A DNA stretch of 64,000 nt from Salpingoeca rosetta. Taxonomy: Eukaryota > Protista > Choanoflagellata. Under the pieces are notes generated by a model. It made no database searches, had not been told where the DNA came from, and saw nothing but the letters and a program-made list of their open reading frames with translations. Below are positions 1 to 15,157 of the stretch, in pieces. The DNA lies in the NCBI GenBank assembly GCA_033442325.1, contig JAWQFM010000004.1:1695261-1759260 (forward strand). Reading direction: 5' to 3'. The translations under genes were made by a program, and so were the position numbers. Position 1 is the first letter of the stretch. The number at the start of each line of letters is the position of its first letter.

Positions 1-2215
<2,215 letters not shown>

Positions 2216-3010
2216 TTGTTGGTTGACATGCGTTGCTTGGCTGACGAAAGTCTGTGAATGATGCGCACAATCTTCCGAACTTGAAGTGGCAAGTTTGTGT
2301 GTTGTGCTCGCTGGCTGGTTGGTTGGTTGCTTGGTGGCCACTGCACACGACGATGATGGGTGCGTGTTGATTTGATGATGATGATGATGGTGATGTTTGG
2401 AGTGCTGGCAGTGGTTCTGTTACCTCTGCTGTCACAGTGGCCATGTACACAAGTGTGTAGAGGTGGTGGTGGCGACACAGAAGGTGGGAGAAGGGCTGAG
2501 ATAATGGGAATGATCCTGTGCGTGAATGTGTTTGTGTGTTTGCATGCGTTGGCGCTTTCGACCTCTCGACTCTCGACTGTTGCTCACACCGACCTGACCC
2601 ACCCAATCGAACGACCATCATTCGACAGGGATAGAGAGAGAGCGGTAATGTTCCCAGTGTCGCATCGCTTCGTGGAAAGAGGTCACACCGCCTCTGTTGT
2701 TTGATCCATTGGACAGTAGTTTCCACATGAGATAGGAACCACCACCACATCAGCAGCACCATCAGCAGCAGCAGTGTGTGCTGATGAGCTTCCATGCAGC
2801 ATCACAGGAGGCTGACCTGCAGGAGATGGCGTGGGCAAGGAGCTGTGTATGGATCCAGTGCTGATGTGGGTGGTGGTGGTGAGAGCTGGGACGGCATCCT
2901 CAAGGTTTGATTGGGCAAGAGACGAGGGAGTACGACAAGGACGAGGAACGGATGTCATTGGGCCACCATGAGCAGAAGGACAGCGTTTGAAGTTGCTGGA
3001 CGGTGAGTGA

Positions 3011-3070
<60 letters not shown>

Positions 3071-3203
3071 GAGTGCGTGAATGAGTGTGCGTGTGAGGTG
3101 GTTACAGCTTGCAATCCGATAATCCCTTCCCACTCTCACTCTGAGCTTCAACGCGCACACTGACCACCCCACATCCCTCCCCCCCCATACACACGTTTCA
3201 TAG

Positions 3204-4329
3204 ATCTGCATGCGGGAGATCAAGCGGTGCCAGCAAGAATCGAGTGGCATCAGCTATGTGCTCATCCTTGGCAACAAGTATGGCTTCCGCCCTTTCCCAG
3301 CCAAGATCCCCGATAAGGAGTTCAAGCTGCTGAAGGAGGAGATGGCCAAACAAGCCAAGCAAACTGCGTCCACTCCAACCTCAGCCGCACTCAACAAGGC
3401 CATGGAGTACATGGACGAGTGGTTCGTCCTGAATGAGAACGTCGTGCCGCCGACCCGCGAGCTCAAGCCCGTGAAGAAGGAGCACTCTGATGCGTGGTGG
3501 TCCGACATCTTCCCCACGCTGCAGATGTGTCTGCGCCAGGCAGCAACGGGAGCGCCTGGGCTGTCTAACGAGCGACGTGCCCTGTACGTGCAGAGCGTGA
3601 CGGCGGAGGAGATTGACAACGGCCTGTTCAAGGTGCAGCCGAAAGAGGCGCGCGACAAGGCGTGCTTCGTCTTTGACCGGCGCCTGGAGGGCATCGACGT
3701 TGCATCGGACCCAGACACGGCTAAGCTGTTCATCGACATGGCTGGTGGTGAGGTGGACGAGGAGGCGCAGCAGCAGCTGGAGCGATCGCGTGCGGAGGCG
3801 GTGCCGGCTGCCCTGTCACCATCTCGCATCAAGACCATGACCATCCCATGGGGACCAGGCATCGACCTCGCTCGCACCGACCACGCAGAGTACATGCGCA
3901 CCTTTGCCGACGCCTTCTGCGACACGCTGGCCGCGAACATTGAGCGTGTTGCGCGCGAGCACGCGTTTGAGAGCGACGCGGTGGTGGAGGAGGCGGCGGC
4001 GCACGCCATGTTCGGCAACCTGCGGCGTTGTGGGTTCGTGTCTACAACAGCCACTCAGCAGACGGCAGATGCTGCCCTTGCATACGTGCAACAACGCATC
4101 ACGATTGGCAAAGAGGTCGCAGCTCCGTTTGCCATCTGTGGCCCATCTGGCAGTGGCAAGACTTCACTCATGGCTCATATCGCAGGTGTGTTGTGTGCGT
4201 GTGCAGTTCGTTGTGCTTTGTAGCTTCATGCGTGCATGCGTGCATGTCTGCGAATGTCTCTTGTTGTGCTGGCCTTCATGCATGTCCTCATCGTGGGATG
4301 TGCTCTGCTTTCCTCTGTTTCATCACATG

Positions 4330-4367
<38 letters not shown>

Positions 4368-7300
4368 CACATACACACACGCCATAGGTACCATGAAGGA
4401 AGCCCACCCAAATGCCGTTGTGGTGTCGCGGTTCCTGGGCACGTCGCGGGAGAGCGGCACTGCCCGCACCCTGATGGCCAACGTGTACCGCCATATCCAC
4501 CGCGCAGTGAAAGGCAAGGAGCCAGCAGCATCGCCAGCAGCCGACTTTGAAAAGCTGACAGAACAGTTTCAGGCTGCCCTCAAGCTTGGCACTGCTCGCA
4601 AGCCGTTGGTGCTCGTGCTGGACTCGCTTGACCAGCTCTCAGACGAGGACCAGGGCCGCAACCTGGAATGGCTGCCGCTCGCATCGCTGCCGCCAAACTG
4701 CGCCATCGTCGTGTCCACTCTGCCGGATGTGGGCGGATGCTGGGAGGTGCTCAAGGCCACGCTGCCAGACACCAACCAGCAGCACGTGGCCAAGATCAGC
4801 AAAGACGACGCAGACGGCATCCTGAGCACGCCGATGCCAAGCGGTCCCTCACCCCTGCACAGCGCAGTGTTGTGCTGGGCGTCTACGAGTCCTGCCCGAC
4901 ACCGCTGTACCTCCGCATCTGCACGCAGTTCTTTGCGCTTCGCTGGAACCACACGGACGCAATTGCACCCGACTTCTTCCCCAAGACGGTGGAGGGCCTG
5001 ATGGAGAAGGTGTTTGATGAGCTGGAGACGCGACACGGCAAGGAGACGGTGCGGGCGGCGCTCGGGTACCTCTCTGCCTCGCGCGGCGGACTCAGCGACA
5101 ATGAGATGGAGGATCTGCTGTCCTGCAACGACACCGTCCTGGACGAGATCTACGAGTGGTGGGTGCCACCCGTCCGCCGCGTGCCCCCGCTGATCTGGGC
5201 ACGCATCGTGTCTGACCTGGAGGGCGCGTTGGTGGAGCGTGGCGCTGAGGGCGGCGTTACTGTCCGTGCATGGTACCATCGCCAGCACCGCGAGGCAGCA
5301 GAGCGACGCTACCTCGGCCTCAACTCGCGCAGCGGTGCTGGAAATGACACGGGTGATGATAGCGACGGTAACGGTGATGGTGCTGGTGATGGCAGCACTG
5401 CCACGTCCTCGTCCACGACCACTACCACCGCAGCCTCCACTTCCACCACCACCACGGCCTTGACGGTGCAGCGGCACGGCGAGCTTGCAGACTACTTCAG
5501 CGGCAAGTGGGAGCACGGCCGCCACCTGCACGACAAGACGGACGACGCGAGTGCTCTGCGCGACCGCAAAGTGGCGTCCATGAAGACGGTGCTGGCTGGT
5601 CGGCTCGATGACCCGCGCTCCGGTGTTGTGGTCAACGCACGCAAGGTTGCCGTGCTGCCGTTCCACCTCATGCATGCGCAGCGGTGGGAGGAGTGCGCGA
5701 CAACGCTGTGCGACCTCGAGTTCATCGAGGCCAAGGCAACAGCGGGGATGGTGCGGCAGCTGGTGGCAGACTTTGAAGACCTGCTGCGCAGTGGTGGTGG
5801 TTCTAGTGGTGGTCATGGTGGCGCACTGGAGAGCCTGCTCAAGAAACACAGCTTCGACATCTGGGCGCGATTTGTGGCTCGCAATGCCCTCATCTTCGAG
5901 CGTACGCCTGGCGCTGTGGTGGCGCGCGCCTCGCTGTATCCAGACGAGACAGCGGTGTTCAAGGCGGCAGAAACTCTGTTGTCCACGCCAGGCTGCCGCC
6001 TACCACGTGTTCGACAATACAACAAGCCACAAGAGCTTGACCCACTTGTGTGCGTGTGTTCCGCAAGGTGGTTTTCCGACGTTCGGGATGTCATCTTTAC
6101 TCGAGATAGTCGTTGGGTGTGCGGGTGTGGCTCTCCTAGTGGAGCTGGAGATGTTCACGTGTGGGAAGCACGGACTGGCACTCCTGTGGCGAGGTTGCGT
6201 AAGCCCAATGACAACGCAAAGGCAGCGCGCATTGTTCAGCTGCCATCGGGCCTCATTGCAGTTGCCTGCACAGATGGAAAGGTGTATGTGCGGAAGCTGG
6301 CAACGCACGAGGTCACGCGCTGTGTGGAGGTGTTTGACCCTGAGTCGGAGGAGCTTTGCGTGTTGCGGATGACCGACGACGATGCCCTGGTGTGGATGAT
6401 GACTGGTGACAAACCTCCAAAGCCAAAACATCCCCTACAACTGAGGAGAGATGGCGATGATGATGACGATGATGTGCCAGGCGTGACGCGCATCATGCTG
6501 TTCAGTGTTGACTTCAGTCATTGTGTGTGGAAGTGCACGATGCAAGACAAGCTGTGTTGTGGGCAGATCCGCAACAACACGCTGGTCGCAGGTACGAAGA
6601 GCGGCAGCGTCATCTGGTTTGAGCTCAAAGGACTTCCGACGCCATCTCAGCGTCCCGCCCAATCGTCCATGGCAGGAGACCAGGCAGCCTTGGTGCAGGT
6701 TGCCCGCTACAACATGGAACGCAGGAGCCCTGCTGTAACAACCCTATGCCTGCTGCATGGGGGCCTTGATGTTGTCGTGTACTGGGGCTCGCATCTGTAC
6801 AAGCTGAAAGCTGACGGAACAATGGTGGCGCGGGTTCTCTGCGCCATGGTTGGAAGCGCAAGGACCTTGGCTGCCAGCGGATCCCTTGTGGTGGTGGGTG
6901 GATTTGGGGATTCTACGAAGGTGTATGACGTAACCACGATGACGTCGCTGCGCTCCGTGGGACCAGCGCCCACCGGCATTGTTACTCTCTCTCCAGATGA
7001 CACGTTGCTGGCTGTTGGAGGAAGCGACACCCTGGTCTCTGTGTTTGATTGGGAGGAGATCAAACTCAGCAACAACGCAGGCGCGAAGCAGACAAGGTCG
7101 ACTGCATCACTGGCCACACCCACGATTGCGCTCATGGCAGCCCCACCACATCGTCAGCAGCAACAACGACAGCCGCAAAACGTCGTAGTTTTCATCGGAT
7201 CGGGTGGATCAGGTGCCAAGCATGCGCTTGCTTTGTACGAAGCAGCAAACATGACAGCGGTCAAGGCCATTGACATACACAACAGCGGTGACTTTTGGAG

Positions 7301-8234
7301 CTTCAACCAGATGAGCGGAAGTCCTGATGGACGCATCGTCCTTTGTTACTCCGGCACAGACAAAGCCATTACGGCTGTCAACACGGTCACTAGCGACGTG
7401 CACAAGAATGTCATTACGAGTCGGAAGACACACCGAGACTGGCAAGTGTTCTTCGCACCAACAAGCGACTCGTGCGTGCTGATTGATGGGTGTGATGTGT
7501 TCCTCCTGGCGCTGCCGGCGTGCAAGCAAGTGGTCGTGCGTGACCCTGAGTACGTGCACACCGAACTCGGGGTCACTGACGAAGTCACTTGTTGCGTTTG
7601 GCACCCTCAGTACCCGCATGTGCGTCAATTCGCCACCGGGTCGAAGAACCACACAGCACGGCTGTGGCAACTCAACACAGACGATGAAGGCAACATTGTC
7701 GAGGTGGCAGACGTGCGGGTGTTTGCAGGCCATAAAGGGCCTGTGTACAGTTTGGCGATGTGCACGGATGACCAAGGTGGTGTTTTACTGGCAACGTTTG
7801 CAGCAAAAAATGGCATTCAGCTGTGGAACCTGAATGACGGAGCGTCCCCCATTCGATCCTTGTCCGACCCTTTCTCCAGCGACTATTCGCTGTTGTGGCT
7901 TCCAAGGCAAAGGTTGCTGGCCACGTACACCCGTGGAGGGCGTAATCTGGAGTGCAGGAACCTGTCAGGAGAAGTGGTTCGCGCCATCAAGCTTGGACCA
8001 CACTGGATGATACTGCACCCCAGTGAGAAATACCTTGTTGTGCCGTCCTATGGTGGCTTTCAGCTGCTGGATGCAAACACGTTGGAGGTCGCCTTTCAGT
8101 CCTTTGGCCACGACGGCGAGGTGTCCTACGGGAACCTGCGAGCAGTGCGCATGGCACCCGATGGACTCCACTTTGTTTCCCAGTCAGCGGACAACATCAT
8201 CCTCGTGCACGACTTATCACTGCTGCCGCTTTGA
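3204..8234 (+). pseudogene. NWD1/NWD2-like DUF4062-NACHT-WD40 STAND protein; 5'-truncated and frameshifted (or assembly error)
   Basis: ICMREIKRCQ..ILGNKYGFRPFP (NWD N-terminal region), P-loop GPSGSGKTS, RFLGTS, Walker B LVLVLDSLDQL, PLYL, GGLSDNEMEDLLSCNDTVLDEIYEWWVPPVRRVPPL, WYHRQ, LCDLEFIEAK, then WD40 repeats. Intron 4186-4387 (GT..AG, in frame). Frame change near 4829. Confidence 0.8.
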
Positions 8235-8434
8235 AGGCGTGAAGTTGATTTGCGTTGGTGTGTGCGCGTGCGTGTGTGTCTATTTGTTGCCTGTTTTCTT
8301 CTTTCAAACTGTTACTCTCCCATTTCGGCCGGTTGGTCTGCTGAGAACATGCCGTTGGCTGCCTCCATTTACCCTTGCCATTGCTCTGTCGGAACACCAG
8401 CCATTCCACTGCACCAACAGAACAGGGACGTCAG

Positions 8435-8524
<90 letters not shown>

Positions 8525-8926
8525 AATGGCTGTCCCTTTGATTGAACCCGTGCATCCATGAGTGATTGTTGTGATGGAAATGGCGTGACTGGCGAAAGGC
8601 GATGCAGTTGGTTGTACATACACATTGGAGATGAACAGGGGCAAAGCAAACAACACAAAAAAGGGTGCTGGAATGATAATGCTGGGTGACGCAACAAGAA
8701 AGCGGAGAGCTGAGCACAAGACATGAGCGCACACGCATACACGCACAGAAACAGATGCAGATGCAACTGAAAGGGTGCAGGACGTGTTGTGCCAACAGTC
8801 ACGTGCAGCAGAAGAAGGGGAAAGGCGCAGAAGGGTAATCGAATGATCCGTGCGCAGGGTGAGGGTGTCTTCAACAAGCTTTGAAATGTAGTTGCGATAC
8901 GGCAAACAACATCGATATTGACCAGT

Positions 8927-9860
8927 TCAGCATCCTGGATCGATGACGAGCACAAACTCCGCGTTGGCGGGAGGAATGCAGTGGACAAGGCCATCATTCA
9001 CAACAAGCAAGCACGCCTCCTGATGCTGGTCGTTGATGTTGCCGTTAGGGGTGCAAGCACGCCGCCAGACCACTGCACTGTAATCGCTGCGTGTGGAGCT
9101 GTGCCGATGGCAAGCATCGTCGTCGAATGATCTGCTGGGACATTGTTGATGAGGTCGTTGCCTGCTTGTGAGGTCGCCTCCCGCACCACGCTTCGTGGGA
9201 TGCAGCAGTAGTGGATGATGCCATTTCTGGCTGGCGTGCCTCACCAGACAGCTGTGGTGGTGGTTCTTGAATCAATCGAGGATAGTGGATAGAGTGTCGT
9301 AGTCGCTGATAAGGGGCCCTGTCCTTGTTTGCAACCAGGGATGATTCAGCATGTAAATGAGGCCGTTGCTCGCTGGAACTGTGGTCGTTGCGTCGAACAG
9401 GGAGTGGATGGAAGGGATCGACGAAGGGCACAGATGCACGTCTCTGCGCACAGATCAAGTGGTTGTTGCTGTTTTTGTTGTCGGCCATTGCACCACCCAT
9501 GCCACGTTGCCATATCCCGTGTGGTTTGCTGAGGTCACGCACGTCACTTGCTGCTTCAGCGTGTCACACGATGGTGCGTTGTCTATGAGGCGTCCTCGCC
9601 ATTGGCTGATGGGTGCTCCTGCACCATATGTGCTCCATTCTCTGCTGCACTGGTGCAAGCACACGCTGTTGCTCATGTCCATCACGCCTGTTGACTGACT
9701 TGAGCCCATCAGTGGGATGGATGGTGTTGATGTGTTGATGTGTTGATGTGGAAGGGAAGGTGTCAACCTTGTGTCAACCAGAGCTGTGATCCTGCCCATC
9801 AACCACCTCGCTCGTTTTCTCTTGCACAACACATGGTCCTGCCACCACTGTGGTGCACCT
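8927..9860 (-). pseudogene. Decayed copy of the secreted 7-repeat beta-propeller family
   Basis: Fragments in shifting frames: EVV..QDHSSG..FHINT (N-terminal motif), GMGGAMADN..ASVPFVDP, QAGNDLINNVP, QWSGGVLAP/NGNI, and the family terminus DGLVHCIP..VLVIDPGC* ending at 8927. Confidence 0.75.
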
Positions 9861-11690
9861 GTCTGTGTCTGTGGCAAGAGCCATCAGTGCAGCAAACGAG
9901 CAAGAAGGCGAAGAAGCACACAGATGGCGTCCACATGCGTCGCAAGCAAGCGACAGAGCGAGCATGCACTGGCTGGCTTGTTGCGGCAGTGGAGAGTGTG
10001 TGCGACAACACAATAACTGTTGTGTGTATTGTGTATTGTTTTCGTTTTCTTTGTGCTGCAGGGCGGGAAAGTGCTTCCAAATCGGGGGGCAGGTGTTGCC
10101 AGAAACGCAAGGATTTTCCTTCTCTGTCAACATGGCAAGCAAAGAAGGAAACAAACAGTGTGGTGCGTTTTGTCAATGTGAGCGCCACTCTTTTCGCCAA
10201 CAAGAAGCAAAGGACAGAAAGCAAAAGGAAAGAAAACGAGCAAGCACACTGCGTGGATGGTTTGTGGATGCGAGAGTGGATGCGATCACAAAGAAGGCCT
10301 TCCTCGCGTGCACGCAAGCCAGCCAGCAAGCACTTCGTCGTGGTTGTGGTGCAACAAGAAGGACACCTGCTGCGCGTGTGTTATTGATCTGTTGCACAAG
10401 CAGTGGCAGCCACTCCACGATGCAGTGGGCAATGGAACCGTGCTCTTTGTGTCGCACACACACATGACGGTTCAAGAAGATGACACGTGCTGGACGTGTT
10501 CAGCGTGCTGTTGCTTTGAGAGTTTGCACATGAAGAAGGAGCAGGCAGCGCAAGGTAACAGCAATGTGTGCGTAGAAAGACAGTGTGTTGCAAAACACTC
10601 TACTCACTCCACTGACTGCTCCCACCAACCACTGCCTTGCAATCCGATCTGACCACCTTTCACACCACCCTGCTGCTACCATATCAGGAAGCATCTGCCA
10701 CAAGAACCAACCCCCTCCCCGACTCTCATGCAAGCGCCTGCTCAACGCTCGACCTCCAAAGCGCTCACAATGTAAGCCGGCTGCAGTCACGTCCCCGTTC
10801 ATCACTTCAATTCGTCCTCGATCACTCGCATGCGCACGCTCATGCACGCACACAAACGCACACATGTGACATTGCCACCACCACCACCTGCAGTCACACA
10901 GCGTGGGCGGCCGCAGGAGAGCAGACTGGGGATGAGCGTGGTTGAAGTGCCAAAGGAGGAGGGCAAAACAGCTCGTGCACGAAGCAGAGGACATGGCAGA
11001 GGGTACATCCATCCTCAGCAATCACACCAGCGCCACCACAATGAACGCGGCACCACTGCTGCAACCACTGCTTGGGGCGGCATCAGGCCCATTCCCACCA
11101 GCATTGCCTGCGCCTGTACATGGGCCAGCAGCGCCACCGTCTCTAACGCATGCCATGGTGCCGACATTGTCAACAACACCAGTCATCACAAGCACATTGC
11201 CGCCGCTGCAGCGGGATTGCAGTGCAGCCGCCAAAATGTCGACCTCATCCGCAGCAACGGCAACGACAGCAACAACAGCTGTGATGGCAGCAGAAGCAGC
11301 GGCAGCAGTAGGGCTTGTCCACCTTCCTTTCCTAACACGGTGCCACCGTTACCTCATGTCTGCGGCGACGGCTACAGCGACAGCGCCACGGCCGTTCAGG
11401 GGCACCCTTCTGTCGCGGACTCCCTTGATGGCATCACCATCATCCTCATCGTCGTCTTCTTCACCCCATCACAGTCATCAACAACAGCGGCAGAAGCAGC
11501 AACACCAGCAGCACCACCGGCGAGCACTGCTACACCACCAGTATCGCTCTCGGCATATGCAGCGCTTGCAGACGGGCAGCTGGGGACGGATGAGATTCGC
11601 TCGGCTGTCGGTAAGCAATACACACACCAGTGTGTTGTGGTTGTGGAGTCCAGCGCATGCTCGATGACACGCGTCGTGTGAGCTCACTCC

Positions 11691-11775
<85 letters not shown>

Positions 11776-12052
11776 ATGATTGAACGGGCTTTTGAATCCA
11801 AGCGCGCTTCGGGGGCAGCGACGACGATGCTCGCAAACATGGCCGGTTCAAAGTAGCAGACAGGCTGTGTGTGTCTGTGTCTGTGTCTGTCTGTGCGTGC
11901 GTATCTGTGTGTGTGTGTGTGGTGTGTGTGTGTCTGGCTGTCTGTGTGTGTGAATCGCCGCGCATGTGTACGCATGCACTTCGTCTCCTTCACTTCCCTC
12001 ATTCCCTCACGTCCTCTCCCGCGACGCACGCGCCTGCACTTGCAAACAGCTA

Positions 12053-12444
12053 TGGCGCATTCCTTTCCTGCGCCATACGACGGCACGGTGTACGTGGCAG
12101 ACTCATCAACGCAGTCTTCCACCGAGGAACAGACAGCGGTGCCTGGGCCACCAGCCGCGCAAGCTGTACAACACCGAGGCAGACGCACGCCGTGCACCTC
12201 AGGGGATGTGCCACAGCAGCAAGACGGCGTGTCGTGTGGCCTGTTTGCGCTGGCTTACGCCACACTGCCGGCTGCTGGCCTGCATCCGCTCGACTTGAAC
12301 TGCGTCAGCATGACGGCACACCAGCTGCGCACGTGGTACTTTCAGTGCGTGGCTGATCGGGAGGCAGACGTTGTGGAGCTGCTGCTCATGAAGCTGCTGC
12401 AAGGGGCACAAGTCAGCCCTCCTTGGCTGGTACTATCTGTGTGA
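12053..12444 (+). pseudogene. Ulp1/C48-type cysteine protease C-terminal fragment
   Basis: VYVADS and VPQQQDGVSCGLFALAYA match the C48 Asp and Gln-x5-Cys motifs. No clear upstream HW motif. Confidence 0.55.
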
Positions 12445-12744
12445 ATGTGTGGATGGGCACCTGTCACGTGCACATCACTGTTCCCTTGTGGCTTACTCTC
12501 CCCATCCTGCTTGTGCTCCAAGACATGGACTGACTCATGAGACTGCGTAATTCCTTGTGCGGGACCAGTACACTACAACCTCACATCTTGCATATGCTGC
12601 CAACCGAACGAATACATCATCAAAGAAGCAGCTGCCGCTGTTGTAACACTCCGAATCATGATGTGAACAAACGAGAGCGAGCAAGTGCTCGACACGCACG
12701 CACGCACGCACGCGCACACACACAGACACAGACACACAGACACA

Positions 12745-12799
<55 letters not shown>

Positions 12800-12821
12800 C
12801 ACTGCTCCCTTCGCAAGCTGC

Positions 12822-14516
12822 TCAGGCCTTCGTGCAGCCTGGGTCGATGACAAGCAGCGAAAATGTCAAACAAGGTGGGGCATAAATCAGGCCATTGGTC
12901 GCCTGAACGCCATCCCACCACTTACAGTCTGATGACCCCAAACCGCTCGTTGGTAAGGTGTTGAAGGAGTTGTCGTTGGTGTTGATGACGAGAATGTTGG
13001 CTGCTTTGTATGGAATACACACAATGCGGCCATCTTCCAGGAGCACGCCTCCTCTCCATTTGTCTCCTCCAGATGACAACCCAGACACCAGGGTGCGCTC
13101 ATTGGTGCGGGGGTCGATCACCATCACACTTCCTGCCTCGTAAGGAACGCCGTAAATCAGGCCGTTGGGCGCAAGCACGGTGCCGGCCCACTTATCGCCG
13201 ATCCCAAACCCAGTGATGCTCTTCGTGTTTGCAGATTTCCCAACAGGATCGATGATCAAGACGCTCTGTGCGGCGTATGGGATGCTGTAGATGTGCCCAT
13301 TTGTCGCCTGGGCTCCGCCATACCACTTGCAACAACCGGTTCCGAACCCGGTGATGCTCGTAGTATCAGTCGCGTTTGCCTGTGTATCAATGAACAGCAC
13401 TGAGGAAGACGACCACGGTATTGCCACGATGACGGTGCCATTGTCCACGGCCAAGCCAGTCACCCACTTGTTGCCCAGTGAGGGTAGATCGGACATGGAC
13501 GTTGTGTCAGTGGCATTTGTGCTTGGGTCGAGAACAAACACAGAAGAGCCATCACGAGGGAAGCCGTAGATCTTGCCTTGTGCATCCGACGCCCATCCAC
13601 ACCACTTGCGACGATTATCATCCGGGTCAAGGGTCAGAGACGTTGTGTCAAGGGTGTGAGTGACTGGGTCTAGCACCAGTACACTCGTGCCTTTGCTCGG
13701 TATACCGTACACGAGGCCCGTATGTGCCACAGCAAGTGTGAGCCACTGACTGCCGAAACTTGCAACATTCGCCAATGTGGTTCTATCTGCGTATGGCCGC
13801 CTCAAGAAGCAGGTCATGGCTTGCAGTGCCTCGATGGTGCTCTGCTGTGCCTCGATGGTGCTCTGCTGTGCGACGTTTGTGCTGTGCTCCTCATTGATCA
13901 GGCTGAGCTGTGCCTCGATGGTGCTCTGCTGTGCCTGGATGGTGCTCTGCTGTGCCTGGATGGTGCTCTGCTGTGCGACGTTTGTGCTGTGCTCCTCATT
14001 GATGGTAGTCTGCTGTGCCTCGATGGCGCTCTGCTGTGCGACGTTTGTACTGTGCTCCTCATTGATGGTAGTCTGCTGTGCCTCGATGGCGCTCTGCTGT
14101 GCGACGTTTGTACTGTGCTCCTCATTGATGGTAGTCTGCTGTGCCTCGATGGCGCTCTGCTGTGCGACGTTTGTACTGTGCTCCTCATTGATGGTGCTCT
14201 GCTGTGCCTCGATGGTGCTCTGCTGTGCGACGTTTGTGCTGTGCTCCTCATTGATCAGGCTGAGCTGTGCCTCGATGGTGCTCTGCTGTGCGACGTTTGT
14301 GCTGTATTGTGTCTCAATCAGCGCTTGTTGTCTCAACAGCATGCCAGTCACATCCACTCCATTCACGTGCACCGGTTGCTGCAACGGGTCTGTCGTGTTG
14401 ATATGAAACGCGCCCGTCGAGTCTTCCTCCATAACCACCTCCGCCACGCAGGCAGCGCTTGAAAGCCACAGATACAACACCAGGACAAGAAGTGTCCTTC
14501 TGAGTCCAATGCTCAT
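12822..14516 (-). CDS. Secreted protein: signal peptide, HINT..NGVDV domain, long tandem coiled coil, 7-repeat beta-propeller (divergent member)
   Basis: Intronless ORF from MSIGLRRTLLVLVLYLWLSSAACVA, EVVMEEDSTGAFHINTTDP..VNGVDV, seven (K/Q)W-anchored repeats, ends VIDPGCTKA*. Confidence 0.85.
   Translation of the reverse strand: MSIGLRRTLLVLVLYLWLSSAACVAEVVMEEDSTGAFHINTTDPLQQPVHVNGVDVTGMLLRQQALIETQYSTNVAQQSTIEAQLSLINEEHSTNVAQQSTIEAQQSTINEEHSTNVAQQSAIEAQQTTINEEHSTNVAQQSAIEAQQTTINEEHSTNVAQQSAIEAQQTTINEEHSTNVAQQSTIQAQQSTIQAQQSTIEAQLSLINEEHSTNVAQQSTIEAQQSTIEALQAMTCFLRRPYADRTTLANVASFGSQWLTLAVAHTGLVYGIPSKGTSVLVLDPVTHTLDTTSLTLDPDDNRRKWCGWASDAQGKIYGFPRDGSSVFVLDPSTNATDTTSMSDLPSLGNKWVTGLAVDNGTVIVAIPWSSSSVLFIDTQANATDTTSITGFGTGCCKWYGGAQATNGHIYSIPYAAQSVLIIDPVGKSANTKSITGFGIGDKWAGTVLAPNGLIYGVPYEAGSVMVIDPRTNERTLVSGLSSGGDKWRGGVLLEDGRIVCIPYKAANILVINTNDNSFNTLPTSGLGSSDCKWWDGVQATNGLIYAPPCLTFSLLVIDPGCTKA
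13826..14305 (-). repeat. 63-bp (21-aa, three-heptad) coding tandem repeat
   Basis: HSTNVAQQS(A/T)IEAQQ(T/S)TINEE repeated about 6 times, plus extra 21-bp QQSTIQA units. Confidence 0.9.
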
Positions 14517-15157
14517 TGCTCCAGCGAAATCACGAGAACAACGGTGTCCCACTGTCACTTGCATGGCCGCTTGCCGTGTGGAGGTAGGGATGGGAACGTT
14601 TAGGTGGGAAGCACAGTTGCACGCCTTCATCTCCGCAGCTTTTGTTGCTGGCTTGTAGAGTTGCGTTGTGGAAGCCTCATAGGATGCCACACGACAAACG
14701 CAACACGCGAGGCCGTTTTGCGTGTTGGAAAAATCTTCTCCACTTCCAGTCGTCCAATGTGCATCGTAAGTCTGCAGTCGCCATCACGAAGCACCACCAC
14801 GACCACCACCTTCCTACCTTCAATCTGTGTCAACAGAACAACACAAGTACATCAAAACGACACACGTAAGCTGTGCACAGCATCTGATATACTGTCTGGT
14901 TTCTCAATGTTATGTTGTTCATCGTGACGGTGCCAACACTGCCTTTTGAGTCTTGGAGTCTGTGATGTACGAGTTCATAGTTCATCAACACAAATAAAGC
15001 AGACAAGACGACACAGAACAAGCGGAGGAAGAGGAGGAGTATTGGGGGAATGCGTGCTGCGGAGTCCCACAAGCAACCCAAGAATGAAGACGCAATCAAC
15101 AAAGGGGGGGGGGAGTGAGATCATGCAAGCAAGAATACACGCCAAGGGATACAAATG

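Noticed and set aside
10620-10830. Possible retrotransposon remnant
   Set aside because: No recognisable RT, integrase or endonuclease motif.
13826-14305. Regular repeats as a possible CRISPR array
   Set aside because: No unique spacers; these are in-frame coding heptad repeats in a eukaryotic gene.
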